Shown here piece after piece: positions 1 to 12,616 of a stretch of 64,000 nucleotides of DNA (position 1 is its first letter; every line of letters begins with the position of its first letter). Below the pieces are notes generated by a model that saw only the letters and a program-made list of their open reading frames with translations, was not told where the DNA came from and did not search any database. This DNA comes from Candidatus Oxydemutator sp. Lineage in GTDB: Bacteria > Pseudomonadota > Gammaproteobacteria > Poriferisulfidales > Oxydemutatoraceae. The stretch lies in the NCBI GenBank assembly GCA_965203445.1, contig OZ241883.1, positions 352,001-416,000 of the forward strand, written 5' to 3'. The position numbers and the translations under genes are program-made.

Positions 1-200
<200 letters not shown>

Positions 201-314
201 TCAGCGGCCCGGCGCGCCGCGTTTGCCGATACAAAAACGACGACGACTATCGTATTATAGCAACGCCGCTCGATGGCGACAAGGAATTAGACGACTCACA
301 CGGAGGCGAAAACG

Positions 315-689
315 ATGACGATAGCCAAAAATCTCCTCAGATTATACGCGCTGGCGGTATGCTTTGTATCGGTGCTGGTGTTCAGCATTGCCTTCGGCAC
401 CGGCGTCTATGACGTGATCCAGATGAACCTGCCGGAGACGACGATGAGCAGCTGGCACTACGAGCGCCATCAGAGCAACGACAACTTCATCCGCGACTGG
501 CCGCCCAAGAAGGCGGTGCCGGACGACGCCGAGCTGACGCGCATGCGCGAGCAGAGTTACGTCACGGCGGTCGAGCTCGAAATAAGGGACGCGCAACAAA
601 GCCTGATCGTGGTCGTCATCATCATGCTGATCACCGCGGCGCTCTTCGTGATCCACTGGAAACTGTCGAGAGCGACGCGCATCGGGTAA
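315..689 (+). CDS. Hypothetical membrane protein with two TM helices
   Basis: GGAGG RBS before ATG; hydrophobic N- and C-terminal segments. Confidence 0.75.
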   Translation: MTIAKNLLRLYALAVCFVSVLVFSIAFGTGVYDVIQMNLPETTMSSWHYERHQSNDNFIRDWPPKKAVPDDAELTRMREQSYVTAVELEIRDAQQSLIVVVIIMLITAALFVIHWKLSRATRIG

Positions 690-704
690 GCCGGGCGTCT
701 TTCG

Positions 705-1901
705 ATGCCGGGACGCGCGTTGATCATGGACGGCCACGTCGGCTGCCAACTGTGGCAGAGGGCGGTTTTGCGCGAGCTGGGAGTGGAGACGAAAGTCTTG
801 TCGTTGCGCAAAAGCGACGCGCGGCCGCAGTTGCCGCGCCACGACAATCCGGTGAGCGCGCGCGAACAAGAGATACTGAAAACCATAAAACGTCTGTGGC
901 GCAACGGCGGCGGTCGCCGCGGCTGGAACAAGGTGCACGCGACGCTGCTGCGCCTGGCCTGTGGCGCGCAGGATCTGGCCGACTTGTTCGGCGGTCACGA
1001 CGTGCTGCTGGGGTCTTATCCGCCCGCCGTCGGCAGGCTGCTGTTCGACCTCGCGCGCGACTGCAAAAGCAGGGTCATACTCAACCTCGGCAACCGTTGC
1101 ACCCTGAACGGCGCGTCGGTGCGGAAGTTCAGGAGCTTCGCCGCGCTGCTGACCGAAATCCACGAAAGCCGGGAACACGTGCTGGCGGCCATGCACGAAT
1201 ACGACTTCCAATACGCGCGCCACTACCTGGGCCTGGAACCGCGCAAGCTTTACGTCGCATGCCACCATCTTCCTCTGGCACCCCACCGCCCGACGCGCGA
1301 CGCCATCCTGGTCGGGCCGCCCTCCGCCCCCGGCAGCCCGCGCGCGCCGACGCCCTTCGGGTCGGTGGAGAACATGAACGCCGCGTACGCGAGCTGGCGC
1401 GCCAAAAACGGGCGCCGCAAAACAATGCGTTTCGAGCAGATAAGAAGCCTGTATCCGAATTACGGCTGGCGGGATCTGGCGGGACACCCCGCGGTCGTGA
1501 TCTTTCCGTATTCTTCCTTTTCGGTCTCGATGGCCGAACTGTACGAGATGAACGTGCCGTTCTTCGTGCCGTCGGCGGAGTTTCTGATACGCCATCGGAT
1601 GCCGCAGGAAATCGTGCACCACCGCTGCCAGGCGCCGCCCCACCCCCGCAGTCCGCACCCGTGTTCGTTCCACGACGGCGCGCGGGCGATGGCCTACTGG
1701 TTGCGGTTTTGCTATTTTTACCAGCTCGAAAACGCCGTCGTCTGGGACTCCGCGCCCGACCTGTTCCAGAAACTGAACGATTGCGACCTTTCCGAAATAT
1801 CGGAGAAAATGTACGTCGAGAACCGTGACCGACGCCGCGAGTCGCTGCGGTGCTGGAGCGAGGTCATGAAGAACGTCACCGGACGGACAAACAATGGATA
1901 A
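705..1901 (+). CDS. Hypothetical protein, possibly glycosyltransferase-like
   Basis: 398-aa ORF overlapping the next gene; segment DLAGHPAVVIFPYSSFSVSMAELYEMNVPFFVPS resembles a GT-B C-terminal donor-binding region; glycan-gene context. Confidence 0.6.
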   Translation: MPGRALIMDGHVGCQLWQRAVLRELGVETKVLSLRKSDARPQLPRHDNPVSAREQEILKTIKRLWRNGGGRRGWNKVHATLLRLACGAQDLADLFGGHDVLLGSYPPAVGRLLFDLARDCKSRVILNLGNRCTLNGASVRKFRSFAALLTEIHESREHVLAAMHEYDFQYARHYLGLEPRKLYVACHHLPLAPHRPTRDAILVGPPSAPGSPRAPTPFGSVENMNAAYASWRAKNGRRKTMRFEQIRSLYPNYGWRDLAGHPAVVIFPYSSFSVSMAELYEMNVPFFVPSAEFLIRHRMPQEIVHHRCQAPPHPRSPHPCSFHDGARAMAYWLRFCYFYQLENAVVWDSAPDLFQKLNDCDLSEISEKMYVENRDRRRESLRCWSEVMKNVTGRTNNG

Positions 1902-2877
1902 AAAATGCATAGTGCTGACGACGGTGCACAAGGTGACCGACGCGGTGCGCAAATTCGCAAACGGCGATTACGACCTGATCGTCGTCGGCGACCGCAAGAC
2001 GCCCGACGATTACCACGCGCTCGACTGCGTCTTTCTCGACGTCAAGGCGCAACAGAAACGTTACCCGCGCCTGAGCCGGCTGTTGCCGTGGAACAGCTAC
2101 TCGCGCAAGAATCTGGGCTATCTGTACGCGCTCCAGAACGGCTGTGACGTCATCGCCGAAAGCGACGACGACACCGTTCCGTACGACGACTGGGGCCGGC
2201 TCGAACACCCCTGCTCGCGCGCGATCATAGCGCCCCGCTACCCGAACGTGTACTCGCTGTTTTGCGACCGACCGATCTGGCCGCGCGGCTTCCCGCTCGA
2301 AAAAATACTGGCCGGCGAGGAAATTCTGATGGAGAGCGTGCTGTTTGAGGAACGCGGCGACAACGTGTTCATCATCCAGAACCTCGTGGACGGCGATCCC
2401 GACGTCGACGCCGTCTTCCGGCTGACGCACGGCGGCAAAGACGTGCGCTTCAAGCCGGGCTGCGTGCTCCTGGACAAGGGCGTGCTGTCCCCGTTCAACA
2501 CCCAGAACACGTTCTGGGTACACCGCCTGGCCTTTCCGTTCCTGTATCTGCCGGCGACAACGACGTTCCGCTATTGCGACATCCTGAGATCCTACGTCGC
2601 GCAGTATGGAATCTGGCGGCGTGGCGGCCAGCTTGCCTTTGCGTCCGCGTCCGCGTTCCAGCACCGCAATCCGCACGACCTGATCGAGGATTTCCGGCAG
2701 GAGCTGCCGCTGTATCTCGATTTCCACAAGACCATGGAAACGCTCGACGGCGTCGCCCTCGAGGGCGGCGACGACGATCTGTACGCGCTCTACCACGCGC
2801 TCTACAAAAGCGGCGGCGTCGCAAGAAATGAGTTGCGCCTGGTCGAGGAATGGCTGAAGGCCATAGCGCGACCATAG
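1894..2877 (+). CDS. STELLO/DUF288-family putative glycosyltransferase
   Basis: Motifs IVLTT, LIVVGDRKTP, YSRKNLGYLYA, ESDDD, WPRGFPL, PFNTQNT, FRYCDILRSY. Confidence 0.85.
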   Translation: MDKKCIVLTTVHKVTDAVRKFANGDYDLIVVGDRKTPDDYHALDCVFLDVKAQQKRYPRLSRLLPWNSYSRKNLGYLYALQNGCDVIAESDDDTVPYDDWGRLEHPCSRAIIAPRYPNVYSLFCDRPIWPRGFPLEKILAGEEILMESVLFEERGDNVFIIQNLVDGDPDVDAVFRLTHGGKDVRFKPGCVLLDKGVLSPFNTQNTFWVHRLAFPFLYLPATTTFRYCDILRSYVAQYGIWRRGGQLAFASASAFQHRNPHDLIEDFRQELPLYLDFHKTMETLDGVALEGGDDDLYALYHALYKSGGVARNELRLVEEWLKAIARP

Positions 2878-2915
2878 CGCGGCCATGGCGCAACCATGGC
2901 GCGGCCGTGGCGCGT
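2861..2915. repeat. Five degenerate 11-bp tandem repeats (CCRTRGCGCRN)
   Basis: ccatagcgcga/ccatagcgcgg/ccatggcgcaa/ccatggcgcgg/ccgtggcgcgt between convergent genes. Confidence 0.85.
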
Positions 2916-2920
2916 CGAAC

Positions 2921-4774
2921 CTACTCCACCGTCACCGACTTGGCGAGGTTGCGCGGCTGGTCTATGTCGGTGCCCTTCAGCAGCGCCGTGTGGTACGCCA
3001 GGATTTGCAACGGCAGCGTGAAAATAATCGGCGCCACCGCGTTCTCCGGCGCGTTGACCTCGATGACGACGAGCGACTCCCCTTCGGAACGAAAACCGGC
3101 GTCGGCGTCGGCGAACACGTGCAACACGCCGCCGCGCGCGCGCACTTCCTGGAGGTTGGACTTCAGCTTGGCCAACAGGTGGTCGTTCGGCGCCACCGAC
3201 ACCACCGGCATGTCGTTGTCTACCAGCGCCAGCGGGCCGTGCTTGAGTTCGCCCGCGGCGTAGGCCTCGGCGTGGATGTAGGAGATTTCCTTCATCTTCA
3301 AGGCGCCTTCCATCGCAATCGGGTAATGCCGTCCGCGCCCCAAGAACAAAGCATGGTGTTTTTCGACGTAGCGCTCGGCGAGCAGCGCGATGCGCGGCTC
3401 CAGCGCGAGCGTCTGCTCGAGGCGCGCCGGCAGGTTGCGCAACTGCGCGACGAGGTCGGCGCGCACCGCGTGCTCCACGCCGGCGCGCTTGCCGAGCAGT
3501 ATCGCCAGCAGCAGCAGCGTCACCAACTGGGTCGTGAACGCCTTGGTCGAGGCGACGCCGATCTCGGGGCCGGCGTGGGTCATCAGCACGCGGTCGGACT
3601 CGCGCACCAGGGAACTCTCGGGCACGTTGCAGATCGCGGTCGAGGCGAGATAGCCGCACTCCTTCGCCAGCATCAACGCCGCCAGCGTGTCCGCGGTCTC
3701 TCCCGACTGCGAGATCGTCACGAACAACGTGCCCGGCGGAACTACCCGTTTGCGGTAGCGAAACTCGCTCGCTATCTCGACGCGGCACGGCACGCCGGCG
3801 TACTCCTCGAACCAGTAGGACGCGACGAGGCCGGCGTGGTAACTGGTGCCGCAGGCGACGATTTGCACCGCGCGCACCTGATCGAGCAAAGGCGCGGCAT
3901 CGTGGCCTACAATTTCGTCCGGCACGGTGTCGTCGAGCAGGCGGCCCTCGAGCGTGTCGGTGACCGCGCGCGGCTGGTCGTGTATCTCCTTTTGCATGAA
4001 GTGATCGAACTCGCCGAGTTCGACGGCGTGCGGCGACAACGGCGTCTCGATGAGTTTGCGCTCCACCGGGCGCGGCGCGCCGTCGTCCGCCTCGCCGTTG
4101 AATACGCGCACGCCGCCGCGTTCGAGGAGCGCTACGTCGCCGTTCTCCAGCACGATGAATTGTTTCGTCACCTGCAACAGGGCCTGCACGTCGGAGGCGG
4201 CGTAGTTGCCGGCGCCGCCGCTGCCGACGCCGACGACCAGCGGGCTGCCGTTGCGCACCAGCACGATCTGCCCGGGCTGCTCGACGTCGAGCACCGCCAG
4301 CGCGTAGGTGCCCTTCAAATCTTTCAGTGAACGCTGTACCGCGCGCGCCAAATCGTCGGTGCGCGAGAGATACAACATGATCTGGTGCGCGATGACCTCG
4401 GTGTCGGTGTCGGAGGCGAAAGCGAAACCGTGCCCGATCTGCGCGTTCTTCAACTCCTCGTAGTTTTCGATGATGCCGTTGTGGACGATGACGATGCGGT
4501 CGCTCGAGACGTGCGGATGCGCGTTGGCCTCGTCCGGCGCGCCGTGCGTCGCCCAGCGCGTGTGCGCGACGCCGACGGCGCCGGCGCACGGCGAGGCGTC
4601 GAGCGCGGCTTGCAGTTCGGACACCTTGCCGAGCTTCCGGAGGCGCCGGATGCCGCCGCCGTTGATGACGGCGACGCCGGCGGAGTCGTAGCCGCGGTAT
4701 TCGAGACGCCGCAACCCTTCCATCAGCACGCCGCAGACGTCGCCTTCGGCGATTGCGGCGACGATGCCGCACAT
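2921..4774 (-). CDS. glmS: Glutamine-fructose-6-phosphate transaminase
   Basis: Starts MCGIVAA at ATG 4774; LEYRGYDSAG, HTRWATHG; ends PRNLAKSVTVE. Confidence 0.98.
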   Translation of the reverse strand: MCGIVAAIAEGDVCGVLMEGLRRLEYRGYDSAGVAVINGGGIRRLRKLGKVSELQAALDASPCAGAVGVAHTRWATHGAPDEANAHPHVSSDRIVIVHNGIIENYEELKNAQIGHGFAFASDTDTEVIAHQIMLYLSRTDDLARAVQRSLKDLKGTYALAVLDVEQPGQIVLVRNGSPLVVGVGSGGAGNYAASDVQALLQVTKQFIVLENGDVALLERGGVRVFNGEADDGAPRPVERKLIETPLSPHAVELGEFDHFMQKEIHDQPRAVTDTLEGRLLDDTVPDEIVGHDAAPLLDQVRAVQIVACGTSYHAGLVASYWFEEYAGVPCRVEIASEFRYRKRVVPPGTLFVTISQSGETADTLAALMLAKECGYLASTAICNVPESSLVRESDRVLMTHAGPEIGVASTKAFTTQLVTLLLLAILLGKRAGVEHAVRADLVAQLRNLPARLEQTLALEPRIALLAERYVEKHHALFLGRGRHYPIAMEGALKMKEISYIHAEAYAAGELKHGPLALVDNDMPVVSVAPNDHLLAKLKSNLQEVRARGGVLHVFADADAGFRSEGESLVVIEVNAPENAVAPIIFTLPLQILAYHTALLKGTDIDQPRNLAKSVTVE

Positions 4775-6150
4775 CAGTCCGCTCCTTTTTTCTTCTTGCG
4801 CGGGCGGCGCCAGCCTGGAACGGTCTTCTGCTCGCTGCGCGTCAGCGTCAGCGCGCCGGCTTCGGCGTCGCGCGTGATCGTCGAACCGGCACCGATGGTC
4901 GCGCCGTCGCCGATGGTGACCGGCGCGACGATTTGCGAGTTCGAACCGATGAACACGTCGTTGCCGATGACGGTGCGATGCTTGGCGGCGCCGTCGTAGT
5001 TGCAGGTGATGACGCCGGCGCCGACGTTGGTGGCGGCGCCGATCTCGCCGTCGCCGACGTAGCTCAGGTGGTTGACCTTGGTGGCGGCACCGATCTCGCT
5101 GTTTTTGACCTCGACGAAGTTGCCGATGCCGACCTCGTCGGCAAGCACCGTTTGCGGACGGATCCTGGCGTAGGGGCCGACGCGGCAACGCGCGCCGATA
5201 CGCGCGCCGTCAATGAAGGAATACGGCTCGATTACGCTGCCGGCGCCGACCGTGACGTCGCGCAACGTGCTGTAGGCGCCGACCGTGACGTCGTCGCCGA
5301 GAACGACTCGGCCCTCGAGAACGACGCCGACGTCGAACAGGACGCCGGCGCCAAGCGTCACGTCGCCGCGCACGTCGAGGCGGTTCGCGTCGCGCACGCC
5401 GGCGCCCGCGGCCATCAGCGCACGGACGCGGCGTCGTTGCAGAATGCGCTCGGCGCTTTCGAGCTGCACGCGGTCGTTGACACCCGACGTTTCGGTGATG
5501 TCTTGAACTTCGTGCGCGACGACGCGCAGTCCGCGCGCAACCGCGATGCCTACACAATCGGTCAGGTAATACTCGCGCTGGCTGTTGTCGCAGCCGACCT
5601 TGGCGATCATATCGCGCAGCAGCGACGCCTTCGCCGCCGTCACGCCCAGGTTGACCTCCATCAACGCGCGCTGCTCCGGCGTGGCGTCGCCCTCCTCGAC
5701 GATGCCGGTAATCTCGCCGCGCTCATCGCGCAAGATGCGCCCGTAACCGGTCGCTATCACGAGCTCCGCGGTCAGCAGCGAAACGTCGGCGTGCGCAAGG
5801 CCGGCGAGCACGCCGCGGTAGGTATCGAGACGGAGCAACGGCACGTCGCCGTAGGTAATCAACGCGACGTCGTCGCCTGGCAACGCCGGCAACGCGCACG
5901 AAACCGCATGCGCCGTACCCCGCTGCTCGCGCTGCTCGTGCCAGACGAGATCATCGCCGTCAAACGCCGCCCGCACCGCCTCCGCGCCGTGGCCGACGAC
6001 GACGTGCACCGCGTCCGGCCCAAGCCGCCGCATCGCGCCGATCACGTGCCCGAGCAACGGACTGCCGCCCAGGTCGCACAACACCTTGGGCCCCGTGGCC
6101 CCCATGCGCGTGCCTTCCCCGGCGGCCAAAATAATAGCTGAGAATTTCAT
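4774..6150 (-). CDS. glmU: Bifunctional UDP-GlcNAc pyrophosphorylase/glucosamine-1-P acetyltransferase
   Basis: ILAAGEGTRM, EYYLTD, hexapeptide repeats, GNFVEVK, HLSYVGD; adjacent to glmS. Confidence 0.98.
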   Translation of the reverse strand: MKFSAIILAAGEGTRMGATGPKVLCDLGGSPLLGHVIGAMRRLGPDAVHVVVGHGAEAVRAAFDGDDLVWHEQREQRGTAHAVSCALPALPGDDVALITYGDVPLLRLDTYRGVLAGLAHADVSLLTAELVIATGYGRILRDERGEITGIVEEGDATPEQRALMEVNLGVTAAKASLLRDMIAKVGCDNSQREYYLTDCVGIAVARGLRVVAHEVQDITETSGVNDRVQLESAERILQRRRVRALMAAGAGVRDANRLDVRGDVTLGAGVLFDVGVVLEGRVVLGDDVTVGAYSTLRDVTVGAGSVIEPYSFIDGARIGARCRVGPYARIRPQTVLADEVGIGNFVEVKNSEIGAATKVNHLSYVGDGEIGAATNVGAGVITCNYDGAAKHRTVIGNDVFIGSNSQIVAPVTIGDGATIGAGSTITRDAEAGALTLTRSEQKTVPGWRRPRKKKKGAD

Positions 6151-6338
6151 GCGGTACTTATCCGCGCGGCATTATAAAGGGACTTGCATGGAGATTATAT
6201 ACACGGCCACACAAAGACTTGGCGACAGTGGACGGTGGTTGCCAGTGCGTGAAGCGTCGAATTACAAAACGGCGCCTGTTCATTATTTTCCCTCGCCCTC
6301 ACCCGGCCCGCGGCAGACCCTCCCAGAGGGAGGGGATT

Positions 6339-6563
6339 TTACGGAATAAAATATCTGGAAACCGCACCGAGAATAACGACGGCGACAGTAGCCAGAATCC
6401 ACTTTATTACCACTAATTGTGACTTGATGCCTTCTATTTCAACGGACGTCGCCACGTGCTTCACATGCTCTTCCAATCTTACCAACCTTGCCCTCGTATC
6501 ATCTCTTCCGCCACCCCCGTTCCCGCCGGACGTCCTATGCTTGTCAAAAGGTACACCCTTCAT
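6339..6563 (-). CDS. Small coiled-coil protein with C-terminal TM helix (hypothetical)
   Basis: Gly-rich linker, ARLVRLEEHVKHVAT, then hydrophobic WILATVAVVILGAV. Confidence 0.5.
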   Translation of the reverse strand: MKGVPFDKHRTSGGNGGGGRDDTRARLVRLEEHVKHVATSVEIEGIKSQLVVIKWILATVAVVILGAVSRYFIP

Positions 6564-6565
6564 CG

Positions 6566-6733
6566 TCGTATAGAACCATCCGCTATCGCCCGCACCCGGG
6601 CACGCGCGCGACGGCGCGCAAACTTGCGGACACTACCGGCGCTTGTCGGTTTGTATGGAACCATTTTGTGGCCAAGTTGCGAGAGGAGTACCGATGTTAC
6701 GGCAAAAGCGAGTTTCGGTTTTTCACCGCGGGC
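6566..6733 (+). pseudogene. tnpB: IS200/IS605 TnpB N-terminal remnant
   Basis: YRTIRYRPHPGTRATARKLADTTGACRFVWNHFV matches the HTH_OrfB_IS605 pattern (YRYRLxP...GxCRFVWN); no RuvC or zinc finger follows. Confidence 0.75.
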
Positions 6734-6759
6734 CTGATTGGGGGGAAGGTCACCGGCCA

Positions 6760-7666
6760 TCACTTGCCGCGCATTTTACCACGTATGCAGCCTTCGAGCT
6801 TGGCGAGCATTGGAGACTTATTCACGAACATTCGTGCCATACCACGCCACTGGATTCCAGTTATCAGGCTCATAAAACGGCCCGTATCTTTCCAAATATA
6901 ATCCCTGTATTCCGGCCGAATGGAAAAAATCCTGAGTTTCGGCGACGTCAGTACTACTCCGTCAACGCCCCGGAACAGGAGGCTCGGCTCCAGACTTTCC
7001 AGTATTTGTCGAGCGCCACGCGGTGTTATGAAATACATCTTGGTGTCCCGATTATCCTTAGACTTGTCCAAAATACAGAAGCGCTCGTCGAAGTGGCTGA
7101 AACCATAGCATTCGTTACAAAGCCATAGAATATCGGCATCTTCGCAAGGCATCTCAATCTTGTTCATGCTCATCGTCGGGCTGGGCAGTACGTCGTCCTC
7201 CACAACCAATACCCCCCCCCCCCCCCCCCCCATCACCGAGGGCGCCGATGAATCGCCAAGCCTCGATATGGGACAAGAAGCAGCCCGTTACTCCCGCATA
7301 CCAGTGCCAGACTCTTCTCCGAGCTCTTCTCACCAGGGGATACCGGGGATACATGTGCAGTGGTTTGAAAAAAGCACCGTAGCGAGACGCGAAGTCAATC
7401 GCGTTTTTCTCCCAACCCATTTTGAGCTTGAGACGTACGAAGGGACTGCGTTTGTCGCGCAACAGCGAGAAATTTTCCCAGTTGCGCATATCGAGGTGGT
7501 TTGCGTTGACGCCGATATATTTCACCGGCGGCAGTCGGCCCTGAAATTGGGACAAGTGGCGGACAAATCTTTTCTTCCGTCTCCTGCCGAGACCCGGAGG
7601 ATTGATCACCACCAGGTAGTCTATTTTGCGAAAGATACGACGCTGGGCCTCTTGCGGCGCGCTCAT
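6760..7666 (-). pseudogene. Family 25 glycosyltransferase split by a frameshift at a G20 tract (phase-variable or sequencing slip)
   Basis: ORF 7154-7666 carries GCFLSH..W; ORF 6760-7236 continues VLVVEDD; the frames join if the tract at 7212-7231 is 19 or 22 nt. Confidence 0.8.
7212..7231 (-). repeat. Homopolymer G20 (C20 on + strand)
   Basis: 20 consecutive C on the + strand. Confidence 0.95.
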
Positions 7667-7670
7667 CAGG

Positions 7671-8099
7671 CTACTTCATCTTGCGCAGGCGCTCTATCAT
7701 GCGCAGTTGGGCCGCGATTTCGGCCAGTTCGGCCAGGGCCTTGGCGGCCTCGACGTCGGACAGTTTGGTTTGCAGCAGTTCCTCGGCGTGTTGCTTGGCC
7801 TCCAGGGCCTTGCTCTCGTCGAGATCGTCGCCGCGCATCGCGGTGTCGGACAACACCGTGACCTCGTCGGGTTGCACCTCGATGATGCCGCCGGAGACGA
7901 AGAAACGGCGGTCGGGTTCGCCCTCGATTCGCAGGCGCACCTCGCCCGGGCGCAGGCGCGACAAAAACGGCGCGTGTTGCGGGAAGATGCCGACCTCGCC
8001 CATCTCGGCGTCGGCGAACACGGCGTTGACCTCGCCGCTGAAGATCTGTTCCTCGGCGCTGACGATATGGGCGCGTATCGTACTCATCGTCGTAGTCAT
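7671..8099 (-). CDS. atpC: ATP synthase F1 epsilon
   Basis: IVSAEEQIFSG, GEVGIFPQHAP, SGGIIEVQP. Confidence 0.97.
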   Translation of the reverse strand: MTTTMSTIRAHIVSAEEQIFSGEVNAVFADAEMGEVGIFPQHAPFLSRLRPGEVRLRIEGEPDRRFFVSGGIIEVQPDEVTVLSDTAMRGDDLDESKALEAKQHAEELLQTKLSDVEAAKALAELAEIAAQLRMIERLRKMK

Positions 8100-8125
8100 C
8101 GGGCGTGGCTCACGGCGCGACGCGG

Positions 8126-10400
<2,275 letters not shown>

Positions 10401-10440
10401 GATCCCGTTCTATGCTCCGTTGCCGCGACCGCGCTACCGG

Positions 10441-11982
10441 CTACCAGGCGCCCGTGACCTTGAACGATTCGAGCGCCTGCTTGAGGCGCTTCTCGACGTC
10501 GTCGTTGTAGTCGGCGCTCTCATCTATCTCATCCATCAGGGCGGCGTGGTCGGCGCGCATGTACGCGTGCAGCGCCTCCTCGAACGCGCCCACTTTGTCG
10601 GTGTCGACGTCGTCCAGGTAGCCGCGGTCGGCGGCGAACAGCGACACCGCCATCTCGGCGATCTTAAGCGGCGAATACTGCCGCTGCTTCGTCAGTTCCA
10701 TGATGCGCTCGCCGCGCTCCAGTTGCTTGCGCGTCTGCTCGTCCAAGTCCGAGGCGAACTGCGAAAACGCCGCCAGTTCGCGGTACTGCGCGAGCGCCAG
10801 ACGCACGCCGCCGCCGAGTTTCTTTATGATTCTGGTCTGCGCCGCGCCGCCGACGCGCGACACCGACAAGCCCGCGTTCATCGCCGGGCGGAAGCCGGAG
10901 TTGAACAGGTCGGTCTCGAGAAAGATCTGTCCGTCGGTGATCGAGATCACGTTGGTCGGCACGAACGCCGACACGTCGCCGGCCTGGGTCTCGATAATCG
11001 GCAGCGCCGTCAACGAACCGGTGCGCCCCTTGACCTTGCCGTCGGTACATTTCTCGACGTAGGCCGCGTTCACGCGCGCCGCGCGCTCGAGCAGGCGCGA
11101 GTGCAGGTAGAACACGTCGCCGGGGTACGCCTCGCGCCCCGGCGGGCGGCGCAGCAACAGCGAGATCTGGCGATAGGCCCAGGCCTGCTTGGTCAGGTCG
11201 TCGTAGATGATCAGCGCGTCGCGCCCGCGGTCGCGGTAGTATTCGCCCATCGCGCAACCGGAGAAGGGCGCCAGAAACTGCATCGAGGCCGGATCCGACG
11301 CGGCTGCTGCGACGACGACGGTGTGTTCCAGCGCGCCGTATTCCTCGAGCTTGCGCACGATGCCCGCGACCGACGACTGCTTCTGCCCGACCGCGACGTA
11401 GATGCACGTCAGATTGCCGCCCTTCTGGTTGATGATCGTGTCTATCGCGAGCGCGGTCTTGCCGACCTGGCGGTCGCCGATGATCAGTTCGCGCTGGCCG
11501 CGCCCTATCGGCACCATCGAGTCTATCGCTTTCAGGCCGGTCTGCACCGGTTGGCCGACCGACTGGCGCGTGATCACGCCCGGCGCGACCTTCTCGACCG
11601 GCGACGTCAACGGCGCGTTGATCGGCCCCTTGCCGTCGAGCGGATTGCCAAGCGCGTCCACGACGCGCCCCTCGAGTTCGGGGCCGACCGGCACCTCGAG
11701 TATGCGCCCGGTGCAGTGACAGACGTCGCCCTCTTTCAAGCCCTCGTAGTCGCCGAGCACGACGGCGCCGACCGAGTCGCGCTCGAGGTTCAGCGCCATG
11801 CCGTAGAGATCGCCGTCGAACTGGATCATCTCGCCGTACATCACGTCGTGCAGACCGTGCACGCGCACGATGCCGTCGGTGACGGCGACGACGGTGCCCT
11901 CGGTGCGCGCCTCGGGCGCGGTCTCGAAGTTCTCGATCTTCTGCTTGATGAGACCGCTGATCTCGGTGGGATTCAGTTGCAT
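10441..11982 (-). CDS. atpA: ATP synthase F1 alpha
   Basis: [31 protein letters not shown]. Confidence 0.99.
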   Translation of the reverse strand: MQLNPTEISGLIKQKIENFETAPEARTEGTVVAVTDGIVRVHGLHDVMYGEMIQFDGDLYGMALNLERDSVGAVVLGDYEGLKEGDVCHCTGRILEVPVGPELEGRVVDALGNPLDGKGPINAPLTSPVEKVAPGVITRQSVGQPVQTGLKAIDSMVPIGRGQRELIIGDRQVGKTALAIDTIINQKGGNLTCIYVAVGQKQSSVAGIVRKLEEYGALEHTVVVAAAASDPASMQFLAPFSGCAMGEYYRDRGRDALIIYDDLTKQAWAYRQISLLLRRPPGREAYPGDVFYLHSRLLERAARVNAAYVEKCTDGKVKGRTGSLTALPIIETQAGDVSAFVPTNVISITDGQIFLETDLFNSGFRPAMNAGLSVSRVGGAAQTRIIKKLGGGVRLALAQYRELAAFSQFASDLDEQTRKQLERGERIMELTKQRQYSPLKIAEMAVSLFAADRGYLDDVDTDKVGAFEEALHAYMRADHAALMDEIDESADYNDDVEKRLKQALESFKVTGAW

Positions 11983-12041
11983 GGTTCGGTTCCTTTGTGT
12001 AGTTCCCCTATGTTAACGACCGTTCCGCGCGGCCAATTCCG

Positions 12042-12590
12042 TCAGCGGCCCATCTCCACGGCCAATTTGGCCAGCCTGCTCTTGAGCGAACCGTCTATCA
12101 CCCAATCGCCGGCGCGCACGACGGCGCCCGCGAGCAACGATGCATCCACGCGGCACGTGACGTCCACGTCCTTGCCCATCCGCCGCGACAGCGCCTCGCG
12201 GATGGAGTCCTGCTGCGCCTGATCGAGTGCGAACGCGCTGATGATCTCGGCGCCGACGCGCTGCTCCGCGGCGGCGCGATATTCCTCGAACAATTCGGCC
12301 AACGGCACGGCCAGCGCCAGGCGGCGGTTCTCGGCGAGCAGCCGCACGAAATTGCGCACGTGGTCGGAAGGCGGTGCGTCAAGCACGGCACCTAGCGCGC
12401 CGTTGATCAAGTCGGCCACGTGTGCCGGCGGCTGGCGCGGGTCGCGCACCAGGCGCGCGACCGTCTCGTCCACCGCGATCGCGGCCAACGCCGCCAGCGC
12501 ACCCGACCACCGTGCGATTGCACCGTGTTCGTCGGCGAACTCGAACGCGGCCCGCGCATAGGGCCTTGCCGCCGTTACCAGTTCCGACAT
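12042..12590 (-). CDS. atpH: ATP synthase delta
   Basis: ARPYARAAF, LLAENRRL, VIDGSLKSRL; operon position. Confidence 0.96.
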   Translation of the reverse strand: MSELVTAARPYARAAFEFADEHGAIARWSGALAALAAIAVDETVARLVRDPRQPPAHVADLINGALGAVLDAPPSDHVRNFVRLLAENRRLALAVPLAELFEEYRAAAEQRVGAEIISAFALDQAQQDSIREALSRRMGKDVDVTCRVDASLLAGAVVRAGDWVIDGSLKSRLAKLAVEMGR

Positions 12591-12616
12591 CGCAAACGGT
12601 CCGCCAACGACCCCGT

